Shown here: positions 1-11,014 of the stretch, piece after piece
Layout: every line of letters starts with the position of its first letter
Position numbering within the stretch: the first letter of the stretch is position 1
From: an uncultured Desulfarculus sp.
Lineage (GTDB): Bacteria > Desulfobacterota > Desulfarculia > Desulfarculales > Desulfarculaceae
Length of the DNA stretch: 64,000 nt
Assembly (NCBI GenBank): GCA_963665125.2
Contig: CAXXUK010000002.1
Span: 1,088,001-1,152,000 of the forward strand
Direction: 5' to 3'
Made by a program: the position numbers and the translations under genes
Notes under the pieces: model-generated
Databases searched by the model: none
Seen by the model: the letters and a program-made list of their open reading frames with translations, nothing else
Told to the model about the DNA's origin: nothing

Positions 1-4
1 CACG

Positions 5-838
5 GTGTTTATGAAGGGCTGCCCATTGCGTTGCCAATGGTGCGCCAACCCGGAGTCGCAACAACCTGGGCCCATTCTGATCACCAGGGACGTGAAATGC
101 GTGTCCTGCGGCAAATGCGTGGAGGTCTGCCCGACCGGGGCTATTTCATTTGACCAAAACAAGCGGCGGATTATCGATTGGGAGCTTTGCAACCAGTGCC
201 TGAAATGCGCCGAGGTCTGCCTGTACGGGTCGCTGGGGGGCTGCGGCAAAACAATAGGCGCCGAAGAGCTGGTGGCCGAGCTGCTCAAGGATGAGCCGTT
301 TTTCAAGCGCTCCGGCGGCGGGGTCACCATCTCCGGCGGCGAACCCCTGGTCCAGCCGGAGTTCGTGCTGGGGCTGGTGGAGGCCCTGCGGGCCAAGGAC
401 ATCCACGTCGCCTTGGACACCAGCGGTTACGCCCCGGCCGAGGTCTTTGCTCGGCTGGCGGACAATGTGGATCTGGTCCTTTTTGATATCAAGCATCTCA
501 ATGATCAGAAACATCGGCAATTCACGGGAGTCGGGAACCAGAAAATCCTGGCCAACGCCTCTTACGCGGCGGGGCATGTCCGGACCTGGTTCAGGATGCC
601 CGTGATCCCCGGATTCAACGACTCGCCGGAGTATGTGCGCCAAGTCGCCGCATTGTGCTCTGACCTTAAAGTCGAGAAAATATCGCTTCTGCCCTACCAC
701 GAGGGCGGCAAGACCAAGTTTCAGCAAATCGGGAGGACCTATTTGCTGCCCGACGTTTTGCCTCCGGCGGACGAGCATATCCAACTACTCCAGAACATCT
801 TTGCCGAGGCCGGAGTCCAGACGTCGGTGCAGAGATAA
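5..838 (+). CDS. Glycyl-radical enzyme activating protein (radical SAM with ferredoxin insert), 5'-truncated by window edge
   Basis: KGCPLRCQWCANPES radical SAM motif, two CxxCxxCxxxC ferredoxin motifs, GGVTISGGEP, LLPYH. Confidence 0.93.
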   Translation: MFMKGCPLRCQWCANPESQQPGPILITRDVKCVSCGKCVEVCPTGAISFDQNKRRIIDWELCNQCLKCAEVCLYGSLGGCGKTIGAEELVAELLKDEPFFKRSGGGVTISGGEPLVQPEFVLGLVEALRAKDIHVALDTSGYAPAEVFARLADNVDLVLFDIKHLNDQKHRQFTGVGNQKILANASYAAGHVRTWFRMPVIPGFNDSPEYVRQVAALCSDLKVEKISLLPYHEGGKTKFQQIGRTYLLPDVLPPADEHIQLLQNIFAEAGVQTSVQR

Positions 839-1241
839 CCGGGATCGATCCAATAGGTTCAGGCCTGAGCAGCCTGCCCGGCAATCCTTAATGCCTCGGA
901 ATTGAGTGCCGCGAGGAGCGGCGCCGGGCTGTCTGCATCCAGCGCTTCCGTAATGTTCTCAAGTACATCCGTAATGCTATCCGGTCGTTTATTGATTCGC
1001 ATAAAACCGGGATGCTCCAGTGGCCCTTTGTCCATGATTTTGGGGAAGGGCTAATACTTCGCTAATAAGCATCAAACTCTTTTACAATAAAAGAACGGCA
1101 TTGAAGGCAACGTCTCGCTAGAAAAATAACGAACGCTAGCTCTGGAATTGCAAAGTTGATATCCTTAAATTGCTTTCGGATATGCTTGTGTTCTGTCCCA
1201 CTTAAAGGCCCACAGCGTTGATCAAGAACAGAGAAGCAAGA

Positions 1242-4200
1242 ATGAGTGCCATGCGATTGCTGGCTAAGGTCCTGGAATGGCTGGGAGACTTCGCCGCAAA
1301 ACGTACGCCGTATGATCATGGCCGGGATGCTGAACTCTGGTCATGGCGCCATAAAGTTTTTTTCGCCATATATCTGATTATTTTGCCCCTGGGTTTTCTG
1401 AGCCTGATACCCACGGCGATAACCGCCGTGAGCGCCGGTTTGTGGGAGCCCGTGGCGGCTTATGTAATCATCTATCTGTTCACCGTCTGGGTGGTCTTCG
1501 TCAAGGGGATTTCCTTTAAGCTGCGGGCCGCCCTGGCCCTGTCGATTTTTTTGCTCGCCGCCGTGGTCAATATCAACTTGGCCGGTCTGGCGGGCAGTGG
1601 ACGCGTCTGGCTGATTCTGTTTTCCCTGTTGAGCTGTTTGTTGCTGGGCGTGCGTTTCGGCTTGGCCGCCCTGGGCCTTTCCCTGGTCATGCTGTTGGGT
1701 TTTTATTTCTTTGGCATGGGCAAGATTCCCCTATGGAACCAGCGCATGGCCACCATGGGATATGAGAAGGCCTGGCTCTCAACTTCATTTACCCTATGTA
1801 TTCTCACCCTGATGATTATTATACCTCTGGCCCTGGTCATCAGGGGGCTCAGCGACAGCCTGAGACGCTCCCAAGCCCTGGAACATGACCTGCAAAAGTC
1901 CAACAAGGCTCTTCTGCAGGAGATCGGTGAGCGCGGCCGCGTCGAACAACGGATGCACGCGCTCAATACGGTCTTTATCAATTTCGGCAACGACCCCCTT
2001 GCCAACATACAGAACCTGACCATTTTGGCGGGCCGGCAACTTGGGGCAACGGCGGCGGTTTACAACCGCCAGGAAGGCGATTTCATCCATGCGGTTTGCC
2101 GCTGGAATACTCCGCCGGACTTCAAGGCCATTGCCAACGCCAAAGATCACCCTTGCAGCGAGGTCATCAATTCCGATCCACCGTCTCCCTTGATAATCAA
2201 CGACCTCGACTCCAATGCCTACAGCGGCAGCGATTTGCTCATCAAAACATGGGGCCCGATAAAGGCCTATGTTGGGTATCCCGTTGAGCTTGGCGATACG
2301 GTTCTGGGCTCTTTGTGCGTGGTTTTCAGCGACAACATCGAAATCATCGAAAGTGATCTTGAGTTCCTCAGCACGGTGGCCAAGGCTGTTGGCGTCGAGG
2401 AACAGCGTCTGCACGCGGAAGAAAAACAGAAAAACAGCCAGCGCTATCTCGACGCCATTCTCAACACCATGCAGACTGGTTTGGTGGTTATCGACGCGCA
2501 AACCCATACCATTATCGACGTCAACAATGCCGCCGCCGATGTAATCGGTTTGGCGGAACAGGAAATCATCGGCCGTGAGTGCCACGGATTTATCTGTCAG
2601 GCGCAACGCGGGCAATGCCCGCTCACGGACCTGGGCATGGAGTTGGACAACTCCGAGCGGGTGTTGTTGGGCGCGGACGGCGCGGAGGTCGATATCCTCA
2701 AGAGTGCCAACTATCTAGAAAGCGACGGTCGGAAACTTATAATCGAAAGCTTCGTCGATATATCGGCCTTAAAGGAGGCGGAGCGGGCGCTGCGGGACAG
2801 CGAATCCAAATACCGTCTGCTCACCGAGAGGACCTCCGGCGTTGTCTGGTATTACGACATTGCCAAGGACAAGGTTACATATGCCAGCCCTTCCGTAATG
2901 AGGGTTTTCGGCTATACGGCCGAAGAATTTGTCGAATTGCCTTTGGCGCGGATCAACACGCCGGAATCTCTTCAAAAATTAGAGGGGCGCCTGATCAACG
3001 AACTGGCCAGGGACCAACAGCCCGGTACGGAAAAGTTTCGCGTGGTTGATCTGCAATTGGAGCAGTTGCACAAAAACGGTCAGATCATCCATGTGGAACT
3101 GGGCATGTCCTTCGACCGGGGATCCGACGATGAAATATTGGGGGTGATTGGTGTTACTCGCGATGTGACGGCCCGCCGCAAGGCCGAAGAGGCGCTGAAA
3201 AAGAGCGAAGAAAAATACAGGATGATCCTCAACGAAATGGAAGACGCCTATTTCGAATTGGACCTGGATGGCAACCTGACCTTTTTCAATCGTTCCCTCA
3301 GCGCAGGCTTGGATTACGAACCCATGGAAATCATGGGCCACAATGTCAGCGAGTTCGTGGTCCCAGACGAACTGCCCAAGCTCCACCTGGCCTTTGAGAA
3401 AGTGTTGCAGACAGGACAGAGCAGCGACGCCTTTGATTGGGTTTTCGTGACCAGGGAAGGCATTGTCAAGAATATGCAATCGTCGATTACGCTGCTGAGG
3501 GGACAAAACGGAGAGCCGAGAGGCTATAAGGGCCTGGCCAGAGATATTACGGAGGCAAAAAAGGCCGAGAGGCTCCAGCGGGAAAAACTAAAGGCCGAGT
3601 TGGCCAGCCAGGCCAAGAGCCAATTCTTGGCCAACATGAGCCATGAGATCCGCACACCAATCAACGGCATCATCGGCATGGTGGAATTGATGCTCGAAAA
3701 GGGAATGCAGGGCGATGACCTGCGCTTTTTAAATGTAATCAACTCCGAGGCGGAAAACCTGCTGGCGCTTGTTAATGATATTTTGGACTTTTCCAAGATC
3801 GAAGCCGGGAAGATGACCCTGGAGCAGGTGCCGTTTGACCTCAGGGAAATGGTCGAAGACCTGGGCAAGGCCTTCGCCTACCGTGCGGCCAAAAAAGGTT
3901 TGGAGTTTTCGTCGTATGTTAGCCCGGAAATCGAAACGCCGCTTATCGGCGATGCCAACCGGTTGCGCCAAGTTGTTACGAACCTATGCGTCAACGCCCT
4001 GAAATTCACCGAGCAGGGGCAGATCGTCGTATCCGCCCTGTTGCAGAAAGACCTTGGCGACCGATTGGAGGTTCGCATTGAAATCCAGGACACGGGAGTA
4101 GGCGTTCCGGAACATAAGCAAACATTGATATTCGAAAGCTTTACCCAAGCCGACGACTCAACCACCAGACGCTACGGTGGCACGGGACTGGGCACGACCA

Positions 4201-5561
4201 TCGCCAGGGAACTGGTCGTGCTGATGGGTGGCGTACTGGGGGTGCAGAGCGAAGAGGGGGTTGGCAGCACCTTCTGGGTTGAGCTGACCCTGCCCAAAGC
4301 CGCGTTGGTTATGGCCTCCAACAAATGCATGGTCGATCTGAACAGTTTTTCAATGCTCGTCGTTGATGACAACTCCACCAACGCCTTTATTGTTTCGTCC
4401 TATTTAAAGGCTTTGCATTGTCGGGTGGATCAGGTGTCGACGGCCGAAGATGCCTTGGACCTGTTGGCTATTCGGAAAAGAGAGGGCAAGCCATACGACC
4501 TGCTGATCACCGACATATGCATGCCCGGCACTTCCGGGTTGATCTTGGCGGAAAAAGTAGCCGAAAACGAAGATACCGGATGCCCATTTATTTTGGGTCT
4601 GAGTTCGATTGGAGACGAAAAGCTCATCGCCGACCAGGGCTTGCAGTACCTGGACGGATTTTTGGAAAAGCCGTTGCGCCGTGACGATCTCGTGGCAAAG
4701 GTGCTGGAACTGCTGAACCCGGACAGACAAAGCAAGCCGGCTGTTTTATTTTTAGACATGTTGGCAGCGGACCCGCACTCAGGCGGTAAGGCACTCAACA
4801 TCCTGGTCGTGGATGATTACAAGACCAACCAGTTGGTGGCATTTTCCCATTTGAATTCGGAGGGCCATCGGGTTGACGTGGCCGCCAACGGTAATGAGGC
4901 GGTAGAGGCCGTTAAAAACAAAGATTTTGACCTGGTTCTCATGGACCTGCAGATGCCGGTGATGGACGGCTACCAGGCCACCAATGCGATCAGGATGATC
5001 GAGCAGCAGACGCAAAGGCGGACCCCGATAATCGCCATGACCGCTCACGCCCTGGCCGGGTACCGCGAGAAGTGTCTGGATGCGGGCATGGATGATTATG
5101 TGGTCAAGCCGCTACGCCGTGTTGACCTGCTGGCCATTGTGGATAAATGGTGCCTGAGTGGCGAAATAAACCAACAGCGGCCTGCTGTCGCGGTTGATGT
5201 CATTGCACCCGGCCAAGCCGGCGAACTAGCGTTTGACCTGGATAGGGCGGCCCGGGAATTTGATGACGACAGGGAGTTCATGCTACAGATCGCGGCAAAT
5301 TTCCTGGAAGAGGCCGATAGAGATGCCGGGGCCATGGAAAAGGCCATTGGCCAGGGGGATGGCGATGCCCTTGCCAGGTTGGCTCATGGCATCAAGGGCG
5401 GAGCCGCAAACCTAACCGCCGATAAGCTGGCCCATAAGGCGGCCGCGTTGGAACAAACCGGCTCAGGCGGCGATCTGACCGATGCTGAAGATCAGCTTTC
5501 TCAATTCAAACAAGAATTGGAAGTATTACGCGAGATAATCAACGGCGCAATAGCTGGTTGA
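1242..5561 (+). CDS. Membrane hybrid sensor histidine kinase (TM, GAF, 3 PAS, HisKA, HATPase, 2 REC, HPt)
   Basis: [13 protein letters not shown]-box, DTGVG and GGTGLG boxes, two receiver domains (ITDICMP, LMDLQMP), HPt AHGIKG; ATG at 1242 chosen over TTG at 1218. Confidence 0.95.
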   Translation: MSAMRLLAKVLEWLGDFAAKRTPYDHGRDAELWSWRHKVFFAIYLIILPLGFLSLIPTAITAVSAGLWEPVAAYVIIYLFTVWVVFVKGISFKLRAALALSIFLLAAVVNINLAGLAGSGRVWLILFSLLSCLLLGVRFGLAALGLSLVMLLGFYFFGMGKIPLWNQRMATMGYEKAWLSTSFTLCILTLMIIIPLALVIRGLSDSLRRSQALEHDLQKSNKALLQEIGERGRVEQRMHALNTVFINFGNDPLANIQNLTILAGRQLGATAAVYNRQEGDFIHAVCRWNTPPDFKAIANAKDHPCSEVINSDPPSPLIINDLDSNAYSGSDLLIKTWGPIKAYVGYPVELGDTVLGSLCVVFSDNIEIIESDLEFLSTVAKAVGVEEQRLHAEEKQKNSQRYLDAILNTMQTGLVVIDAQTHTIIDVNNAAADVIGLAEQEIIGRECHGFICQAQRGQCPLTDLGMELDNSERVLLGADGAEVDILKSANYLESDGRKLIIESFVDISALKEAERALRDSESKYRLLTERTSGVVWYYDIAKDKVTYASPSVMRVFGYTAEEFVELPLARINTPESLQKLEGRLINELARDQQPGTEKFRVVDLQLEQLHKNGQIIHVELGMSFDRGSDDEILGVIGVTRDVTARRKAEEALKKSEEKYRMILNEMEDAYFELDLDGNLTFFNRSLSAGLDYEPMEIMGHNVSEFVVPDELPKLHLAFEKVLQTGQSSDAFDWVFVTREGIVKNMQSSITLLRGQNGEPRGYKGLARDITEAKKAERLQREKLKAELASQAKSQFLANMSHEIRTPINGIIGMVELMLEKGMQGDDLRFLNVINSEAENLLALVNDILDFSKIEAGKMTLEQVPFDLREMVEDLGKAFAYRAAKKGLEFSSYVSPEIETPLIGDANRLRQVVTNLCVNALKFTEQGQIVVSALLQKDLGDRLEVRIEIQDTGVGVPEHKQTLIFESFTQADDSTTRRYGGTGLGTTIARELVVLMGGVLGVQSEEGVGSTFWVELTLPKAALVMASNKCMVDLNSFSMLVVDDNSTNAFIVSSYLKALHCRVDQVSTAEDALDLLAIRKREGKPYDLLITDICMPGTSGLILAEKVAENEDTGCPFILGLSSIGDEKLIADQGLQYLDGFLEKPLRRDDLVAKVLELLNPDRQSKPAVLFLDMLAADPHSGGKALNILVVDDYKTNQLVAFSHLNSEGHRVDVAANGNEAVEAVKNKDFDLVLMDLQMPVMDGYQATNAIRMIEQQTQRRTPIIAMTAHALAGYREKCLDAGMDDYVVKPLRRVDLLAIVDKWCLSGEINQQRPAVAVDVIAPGQAGELAFDLDRAAREFDDDREFMLQIAANFLEEADRDAGAMEKAIGQGDGDALARLAHGIKGGAANLTADKLAHKAAALEQTGSGGDLTDAEDQLSQFKQELEVLREIINGAIAG

Positions 5562-5684
5562 AAAGGCCAGGGCGCTTGGATGGTTGTCCATTGCCTGGGC
5601 TACAATATTTTAAGGCGGGGCCGGACGAAGGAAAATCAATCGGCGGTGATTTGACACAATTCCGTTCTTGAAGAGGATCTAGAT

Positions 5685-6077
5685 ATGAGATGTCTTGTGG
5701 TGGATGACGAGGTCGTCAGCAGGTCTAAGATGCAAAAAATATTGAAGCAGTATGGCCATTGTCACGCCGTGGAGAGCGGCAAAGAGGCCCTGACATACTT
5801 TATGGAGTGCTGGGCCAAGTGGCAGCCTCTTGATTTGATCACCCTTGATGTGAAAATGCCCGAGATGGACGGCGACGAGGTCTTGTTCGCTATACGCGAG
5901 ATGGAGGCCCAAAAGGGTGTCGAAGAAAGACATCGGGTGCGTGTCCTGATGGTCAGCTCACTCAAGGACAAGGACACGGTGGTTACCTGCATCCAGGCCG
6001 GTTGCGATAATTACGTCATGAAGCCTTTCAACTCCGAGGACATAAAAGACAAATTGATCAAACTCGGCCTTGCTTGA
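5685..6077 (+). CDS. Single-domain CheY-like response regulator
   Basis: LVVDD, LDVKMPEMDG, KPF motifs; GAGGA RBS. Confidence 0.92.
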   Translation: MRCLVVDDEVVSRSKMQKILKQYGHCHAVESGKEALTYFMECWAKWQPLDLITLDVKMPEMDGDEVLFAIREMEAQKGVEERHRVRVLMVSSLKDKDTVVTCIQAGCDNYVMKPFNSEDIKDKLIKLGLA

Positions 6078-6197
6078 GCCGTGCCAGCCGCCAGACGAGA
6101 GATAGTACAGCCAATCCCTCGGGCGCCTTGCCTGCTTTGTTTCCTGGCCCCTGTCGTGGCGAAATGAGATCGTCCCCCGGTTTTAGCCTCACCTGTT

Positions 6198-7691
6198 CTA
6201 CTTGAACAGCCAGACAACGATTCCCACCAAAAATGAAATGGCGATTCCCAGGGGTATGGTCAGACGCAGGATTTGACCTTCCTTGCCCACCGCGCCGACC
6301 ATGGGCGCGGCCAGGGCGATCTTGAACGGCGATGATATAGAGCCGATGGAGGTGCCCACGGCCAGGGCCGCGGCCAGCCAGGCGGGGGAGGTGTTCAATA
6401 TGTCGGCGGCTTCCACCTGCAATTTGCCGAAAAGCATCAGCGAGGCTACGCCGTAACCGGTGAGAAAGGTGCCGACCCAGCCCAGGAAGGGGACGAATAT
6501 CGGATAGAACGAACCCGTGTACTGGACCAAACCCTGGGAGATGATCCAGGGGATGTTGTGCGCGTTGTCCAGGGCAACGAAACCCGGTCCATAGCCGGTG
6601 TAGGAAATGATCTGGCCCATTGCTCCGAAAAAGCACACGGCCACAAAGGAACGCCAGCCTTTCATCATCCCCGCGCGAAAGACGTGTTTGAGCCTGGCCG
6701 CCGAAACCCGCTGCAATCCGGCCGAGATGAACAATGCCAGCAAAATGTATAGATAGGCCGAAAACAGCGGGCGCAGGGTGACGCTGTGCACGGGAATGAT
6801 CTGGATATTGACGCTGAGCTTGTTGAAGGTCAGTTCGCGCAAATAGGGAATGGAATTGACCGAGAACAGGCACAGGATCAAAAACAGGAACGGAGCCAGG
6901 TCGGTCAGGATACCCTCCTGACGGCGGGGCTTGCCCGAACCCAACAACATGATCAGCACTATCACCGCCAGTCCGGCCAGGGTGCCGGAGATGGGCAGGG
7001 CGTCCAGCGCCACGATGCCCACGCCCGTGAAACCCAGGACCAGGCCGATGACCAGGGCCATGCCCAACGCCCGCATGCGCCCGTTGCCGGCGGGTAAAAA
7101 CAGGAGAGTCGAAAGCGCCATCAACACCGTGGCCGGGATGGACAGCCAGGCCGCGCTGGGGCCAAGTTCCTGGATGGACATCCCCGTGACCAGAGACAGC
7201 ACCGTGATGATGATTCCGGCCAGCTCCAGGGTCATCATTCCGGCGTAGCCGATAATGGAAAGGGTGGCCGCGCCGGTGGGCGAAACCCCGGCCGCCCTGA
7301 GCATGGGCGCCACCACGGGCTCGGCGATGACCCCCGAGCCCTCCATGAAGTTGCCCACGCCGAAGGTGATGAGCATGTCTCGGCCCATTGAGTCGCCGGT
7401 GCCCGTCTCGAGCCAGTAAACAATACGGGTGAGCGAGCCCGTTTCCATGAGCAGGGCCGACAGCAGCATGCCGGTGATGATGACCAGCAGCAGCGGCAGG
7501 GTGGTCAATATGCCGTCAAGGGATGTGAGCAAGGTCACGCTGAGCGGGGTTTCATAAAAGACAATGGCCATGAGCAGGGAATAGACAAACCCGTAGATGG
7601 AAAGTTCCAGGGCCGAGCGGCGGAAAAATACCGCCAGGACCGTCAGAAGAATCACGGGAGACCAACCCAATAGGAATAAACCTGTGTCCAT
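6198..7691 (-). CDS. L-lactate permease (LctP) family transporter
   Basis: Highly hydrophobic 497 aa; GNFMEG, FLGWVGTFLTG, ISSPFKIALAA..VGKEG motifs typical of LctP. Confidence 0.8.
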   Translation of the reverse strand: MDTGLFLLGWSPVILLTVLAVFFRRSALELSIYGFVYSLLMAIVFYETPLSVTLLTSLDGILTTLPLLLVIITGMLLSALLMETGSLTRIVYWLETGTGDSMGRDMLITFGVGNFMEGSGVIAEPVVAPMLRAAGVSPTGAATLSIIGYAGMMTLELAGIIITVLSLVTGMSIQELGPSAAWLSIPATVLMALSTLLFLPAGNGRMRALGMALVIGLVLGFTGVGIVALDALPISGTLAGLAVIVLIMLLGSGKPRRQEGILTDLAPFLFLILCLFSVNSIPYLRELTFNKLSVNIQIIPVHSVTLRPLFSAYLYILLALFISAGLQRVSAARLKHVFRAGMMKGWRSFVAVCFFGAMGQIISYTGYGPGFVALDNAHNIPWIISQGLVQYTGSFYPIFVPFLGWVGTFLTGYGVASLMLFGKLQVEAADILNTSPAWLAAALAVGTSIGSISSPFKIALAAPMVGAVGKEGQILRLTIPLGIAISFLVGIVVWLFK

Positions 7692-7933
7692 GCGCTAACC
7701 TTCAACCCGGGTGTCCACTGACATCCTATCTGAGCCGGTTGCCCGGCCCTGCCGTATGGCAAGTGTGTTTCTCAAGCAAGTTTCAGGTGATTGTCAGTGT
7801 ACAAAAGCGATATTAGTTAACACGCTATCGCGATTGCCGTCAATGAATCCGGCCGTAGACAACACCCGGCAGGTCAGGCATGACCCCCCAAATAAAGACT
7901 GTTCTACCGGCGGGGGCGAATCCGTTCAGCGAG

Positions 7934-7987
7934 TTAACATGCGTTGATAAATTTTAACATGAGTTAATATATACCAACTCATGTTAA
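7934..7987. promoter_or_regulatory. Three copies of TTAACATG(A/C)GTT, putative activator binding sites
   Basis: ttaacatgcgtt 7934-7945, ttaacatgagtt 7954-7965, exact inverse aactcatgttaa 7976-7987. Confidence 0.6.
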
Positions 7988-8077
7988 CGGGTGTTGCTGG
8001 TGGCGTATCGCCGGCAGCGTGATTGAATAAGCAATTAAAACAAATTGATAGCTCAATGCTGCGGCGGAACGTCCGTT

Positions 8078-8093
8078 TGGCCTCTGGTTTGCT
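8078..8093 (+). promoter_or_regulatory. Putative sigma54 (-24/-12) promoter for the DsrE operon
   Basis: TGGCCTCTGGTTTGCT = TGGC-N7-TTGC with GG-N10-GC spacing, ~127 bp upstream of the DsrE start. Confidence 0.55.
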
Positions 8094-8219
8094 TTGCCTA
8101 TGGGACAAAACAAACCCTGGCGGAAAAGCCGGATGCCAACAGCGTCGGAACAAGGCCGGGCTGACACTTGAAACTAAAAATGCCGGGAATCGGCAATGCG
8201 ACCAGCAAAGGGAGAAATC

Positions 8220-8585
8220 ATGGACCAGAAGTTCCTCTTCGTCATTTCCAAGGGTTTTGAAAAGGCGGGCGCGGCCACCAGGGCCATGCAGTTTGCGGCG
8301 GTGGCGGCGGAAAAGGGCCACAACGTGGAAGTGTTTCTCATTGACGACGCCATCCATTGGGCCCAGTTGGGCATGGCCGAAGGCATCCGTTCCTCCACGG
8401 GCGAGCACATGAAGGAACTGATCGACCAACTCAACGCCCACGGCGGCGCCATATACGTGTGTAAGGCTTGCGCGGACAAGCGCCTGGTCAGCCCCGACGA
8501 GTTGGTCAGCGGTGCGGACATGGCCGGCGCGCCCGCTCTGGTGGATATGATGACCTCTCCTGAATACAAGGTCTTCACATTCTAG
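8220..8585 (+). CDS. DsrE/DsrF-like family protein
   Basis: VEVFLIDDAI and YVCKAC motifs, ~121 aa, GGAGA RBS before ATG 8220. Confidence 0.88.
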   Translation: MDQKFLFVISKGFEKAGAATRAMQFAAVAAEKGHNVEVFLIDDAIHWAQLGMAEGIRSSTGEHMKELIDQLNAHGGAIYVCKACADKRLVSPDELVSGADMAGAPALVDMMTSPEYKVFTF

Positions 8586-8738
8586 AAAGGTGTTGAAAAA
8601 GTCCGTCCTGGACTTTTTCAACCGCTACTTGGCAAAAGCGTGGTTTTGCCAAGTAACTCGATTCGCTTGTTTTTGCAAAACTGCGCAAATCGGCGGGCCG
8701 TCCGTGGCCCGCCTGGCAGGCTGTTTTTCAACAGCTTG
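8586..8738. mobile_element. MITE/REP-like non-autonomous element with terminal inverted repeats and three internal hairpins
   Basis: AAGGTGTTGAAAAA (8587-8600) vs TTTTTCAACAGCTT (8724-8737), 13/14 match; flanked by CTAG/CCAG; perfect 13-, 12- and 8-bp stems inside. Confidence 0.65.
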
Positions 8739-8781
8739 CCAGACGATCGCGGCTTTGGTCCTGGGTGAAAGGATGATGATT

Positions 8782-9768
8782 ATGTGGAACATATTGCAAA
8801 AGTTGTCAAAAAACCTGATCACGGCCATTCCGGTCACTATGCTGCTGGGCTTTGTCTTCGGCATATCCGCCGACGCCGGCTGGTTGCGCAACCTGATCGT
8901 CCCCTTCACCTTTTTAATGGTATATCCGATGATGGTCACCCTGAAGGTGCGAAAGGTCTTTGAAGGCGGCGACTCCAAGGCCCAGGCCTTGACCCAGTTG
9001 ATCAACTTCGCCTTTGTGCCGTTTTTGTGTTTTGCCGCTGGCCAATTCTTTTTCCCCGGCCAACCGTACCTGGCCCTGGGGCTGCTGTTGGCCGGTCTGG
9101 TGCCCACCAGCGGCATGACCATTTCCTGGACCGGGTTCGCCGGTGGCAACATGGCCGCTGCGGTGAAGATGACGGTGATCGGCCTGGTCATCGGCTCGTT
9201 GGCCACGCCGTTTTACGTGCAGGCCCTGATGGGCGCGACGATTCAGATCGACCTGCTCAAGGTGGCCCAGCAGATCGCCCTGATAGTCCTTTTGCCCATG
9301 GCCCTGGGTTACGGCACCCAGCGGTATTTGCAAAAGAGGTTTGGCCCGGAGGACTTCCAAAAGCGCCTCGCCCCCCGCTTTCCGACCATCTCCACGGTGG
9401 GCGTGTTGGGGATAGTCTTCGTGGCCCTGGCCCTTAAGGCCAAGTCCATTGCCGCCGATCCCGGAATGCTGCTTTTGATCATGATCCCCCTGGTGGTCAT
9501 CTATGCGCTCAATTACCTGGTGAGCACCCTGTTGGGCCGGGCCCTGCTGCCCCGGGGCGACGCCATAGCCATGGTCTACGGCACGGTCATGCGCAACCTG
9601 TCCATCGCCCTGGCCATATCCATCAACGCCTTTGGCGAACAAGGGGCCGACGCCGCTTTGGTGGTGGCCGCCGCCTACGTGATCCAGGTGCAGTCCGCGG
9701 CATGGTATGTGCGGCTGACCTCGCGGCTGTTCGGCGAGGCCGACGGCCCGGCCTTGGCTAAGGCATAG
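8782..9768 (+). CDS. ACR3/bile acid:sodium symporter (SBF) family transporter
   Basis: FLMVYPMMV, LINF, PTSGMTISWTGFAGGN, RNLSIALAI motifs; start at MWNILQ after GAAAGGA RBS. Confidence 0.85.
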   Translation: MWNILQKLSKNLITAIPVTMLLGFVFGISADAGWLRNLIVPFTFLMVYPMMVTLKVRKVFEGGDSKAQALTQLINFAFVPFLCFAAGQFFFPGQPYLALGLLLAGLVPTSGMTISWTGFAGGNMAAAVKMTVIGLVIGSLATPFYVQALMGATIQIDLLKVAQQIALIVLLPMALGYGTQRYLQKRFGPEDFQKRLAPRFPTISTVGVLGIVFVALALKAKSIAADPGMLLLIMIPLVVIYALNYLVSTLLGRALLPRGDAIAMVYGTVMRNLSIALAISINAFGEQGADAALVVAAAYVIQVQSAAWYVRLTSRLFGEADGPALAKA

Positions 9769-9819
9769 ACTATAGACATAGCAAGCGGCTTCTGACGAAA
9801 AGCCGCAGGCATTCAGCCA

Positions 9820-9851
9820 GGGGCCTGTCCATGGGGCGGGCCCCGTTTTTT
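9820..9851 (+). terminator. Rho-independent terminator
   Basis: GGGGCCTGTCC-ATG-GGGCGGGCCCC stem (2 G-U pairs) followed by GTTTTTT, between convergent genes. Confidence 0.7.
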
Positions 9852-9874
9852 CGAAGAGCCTGATGAGGCCCTGG

Positions 9875-11014
9875 CTATTGCTTTGACACTGGGTCATGAT
9901 CCAAGGGATGGTCGATAAAGCAGCGTATGGGATGAAAGACCCAATTAGCGAAGCACTGGTTGCATGAAACGCATTTTGCCTTCCGCCGGTCGCCGCCACT
10001 CCAGCGCTTTATCAAGTCGGCCTCGCGAATAAGTGGTCTGCTCAAGGCAAAGAAATCGGCGGAGCCTTCCTTCAGGATTTTTTCCATCAGGCCCGGCGAA
10101 CGCAAACCGCCAACCAAGATGATTGGAATATTCACTCGGCTTTTCAGCGCCTTGGCAAATGGCAGGAAATAGGCTTCCTGGTCTTCACTCTTGATATTTT
10201 TTTCTGAAATGCGCTCCGGTGTTTCCGACAGTGTGCCGCCGGATACCTCTATGGCGCTGACACCGGCCTCGGCGAGCATGGCCGCAATTGTCACGGCGTC
10301 TTCAGGGGTTAAGCCTCCGTCCACAAAATCGCTGAAGCTGAGCTTGATTATTATGGGGTAATCCGGCCCCACCAGCTCCCGTGATCTTAGTACCACCTCC
10401 AACAATAATCTGGCCCGGTTTTCGGGGCAGCCGCCATATGAGTCGTTACGCCGGTTGGTAAATGGCGACATGAAATTGGTCATGATATTGCCATGGGCCC
10501 CGTGGAACTGGGCCGCATCAAAACCGGCCACCTGGATACGCCGGCACGCCAGAGCGAATTTTTCAACCACATCGGCAATCTGGGCCACGGATATTTCTTG
10601 AGGAATAATGCCTGTGCTCTTTATCGGCACCGGTGACGGCGCCAAGGGATCAGAGCCGCGCAGCAAGGGAATGTCTTGGCGGCCCAAGTGGCCGAACTGC
10701 ATTGCTATCTTGGCTCCCGCCCCATGGACGGCATCAATCACCTGTGTCCAGTCATCAATAAAGCTGTCATCATAAATTGATAGCGGAGAACGCACGCCAA
10801 TTGAAGCAGGTGCGTTTGGCCACGGCTCGATCATGGCCCCGGAGGTGATGATCAGCCCGACTTGGCCACCAGCCAAAGCACGATACAAGTCTTGCAGTTG
10901 CCGGGTCGGCCGCCCGTCTTCGGTGGCCATTGCTTCGGCCGTGGCCGAGCGGACAAAACGATTCCTTAGTTGGAGGTTGCCTATATTGGCTGGTTCAAAC
11001 AGAGGCGACACCAT
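9875..11014 (-). CDS. NADH:flavin oxidoreductase (Old Yellow Enzyme family)
   Basis: RNRFVRSAT, AGFDAAQFHGAHG, SPFTNRRNDSYGG, C-terminal CVSCNQC. Confidence 0.92.
   Translation of the reverse strand: MVSPLFEPANIGNLQLRNRFVRSATAEAMATEDGRPTRQLQDLYRALAGGQVGLIITSGAMIEPWPNAPASIGVRSPLSIYDDSFIDDWTQVIDAVHGAGAKIAMQFGHLGRQDIPLLRGSDPLAPSPVPIKSTGIIPQEISVAQIADVVEKFALACRRIQVAGFDAAQFHGAHGNIMTNFMSPFTNRRNDSYGGCPENRARLLLEVVLRSRELVGPDYPIIIKLSFSDFVDGGLTPEDAVTIAAMLAEAGVSAIEVSGGTLSETPERISEKNIKSEDQEAYFLPFAKALKSRVNIPIILVGGLRSPGLMEKILKEGSADFFALSRPLIREADLIKRWSGGDRRKAKCVSCNQCFANWVFHPIRCFIDHPLDHDPVSKQ

Noticed and set aside
8590..8781. 64-aa N-terminal extension of the ACR3/SBF ORF
   Set aside because: It runs through the palindromic MITE-like element; a good RBS precedes ATG 8782.
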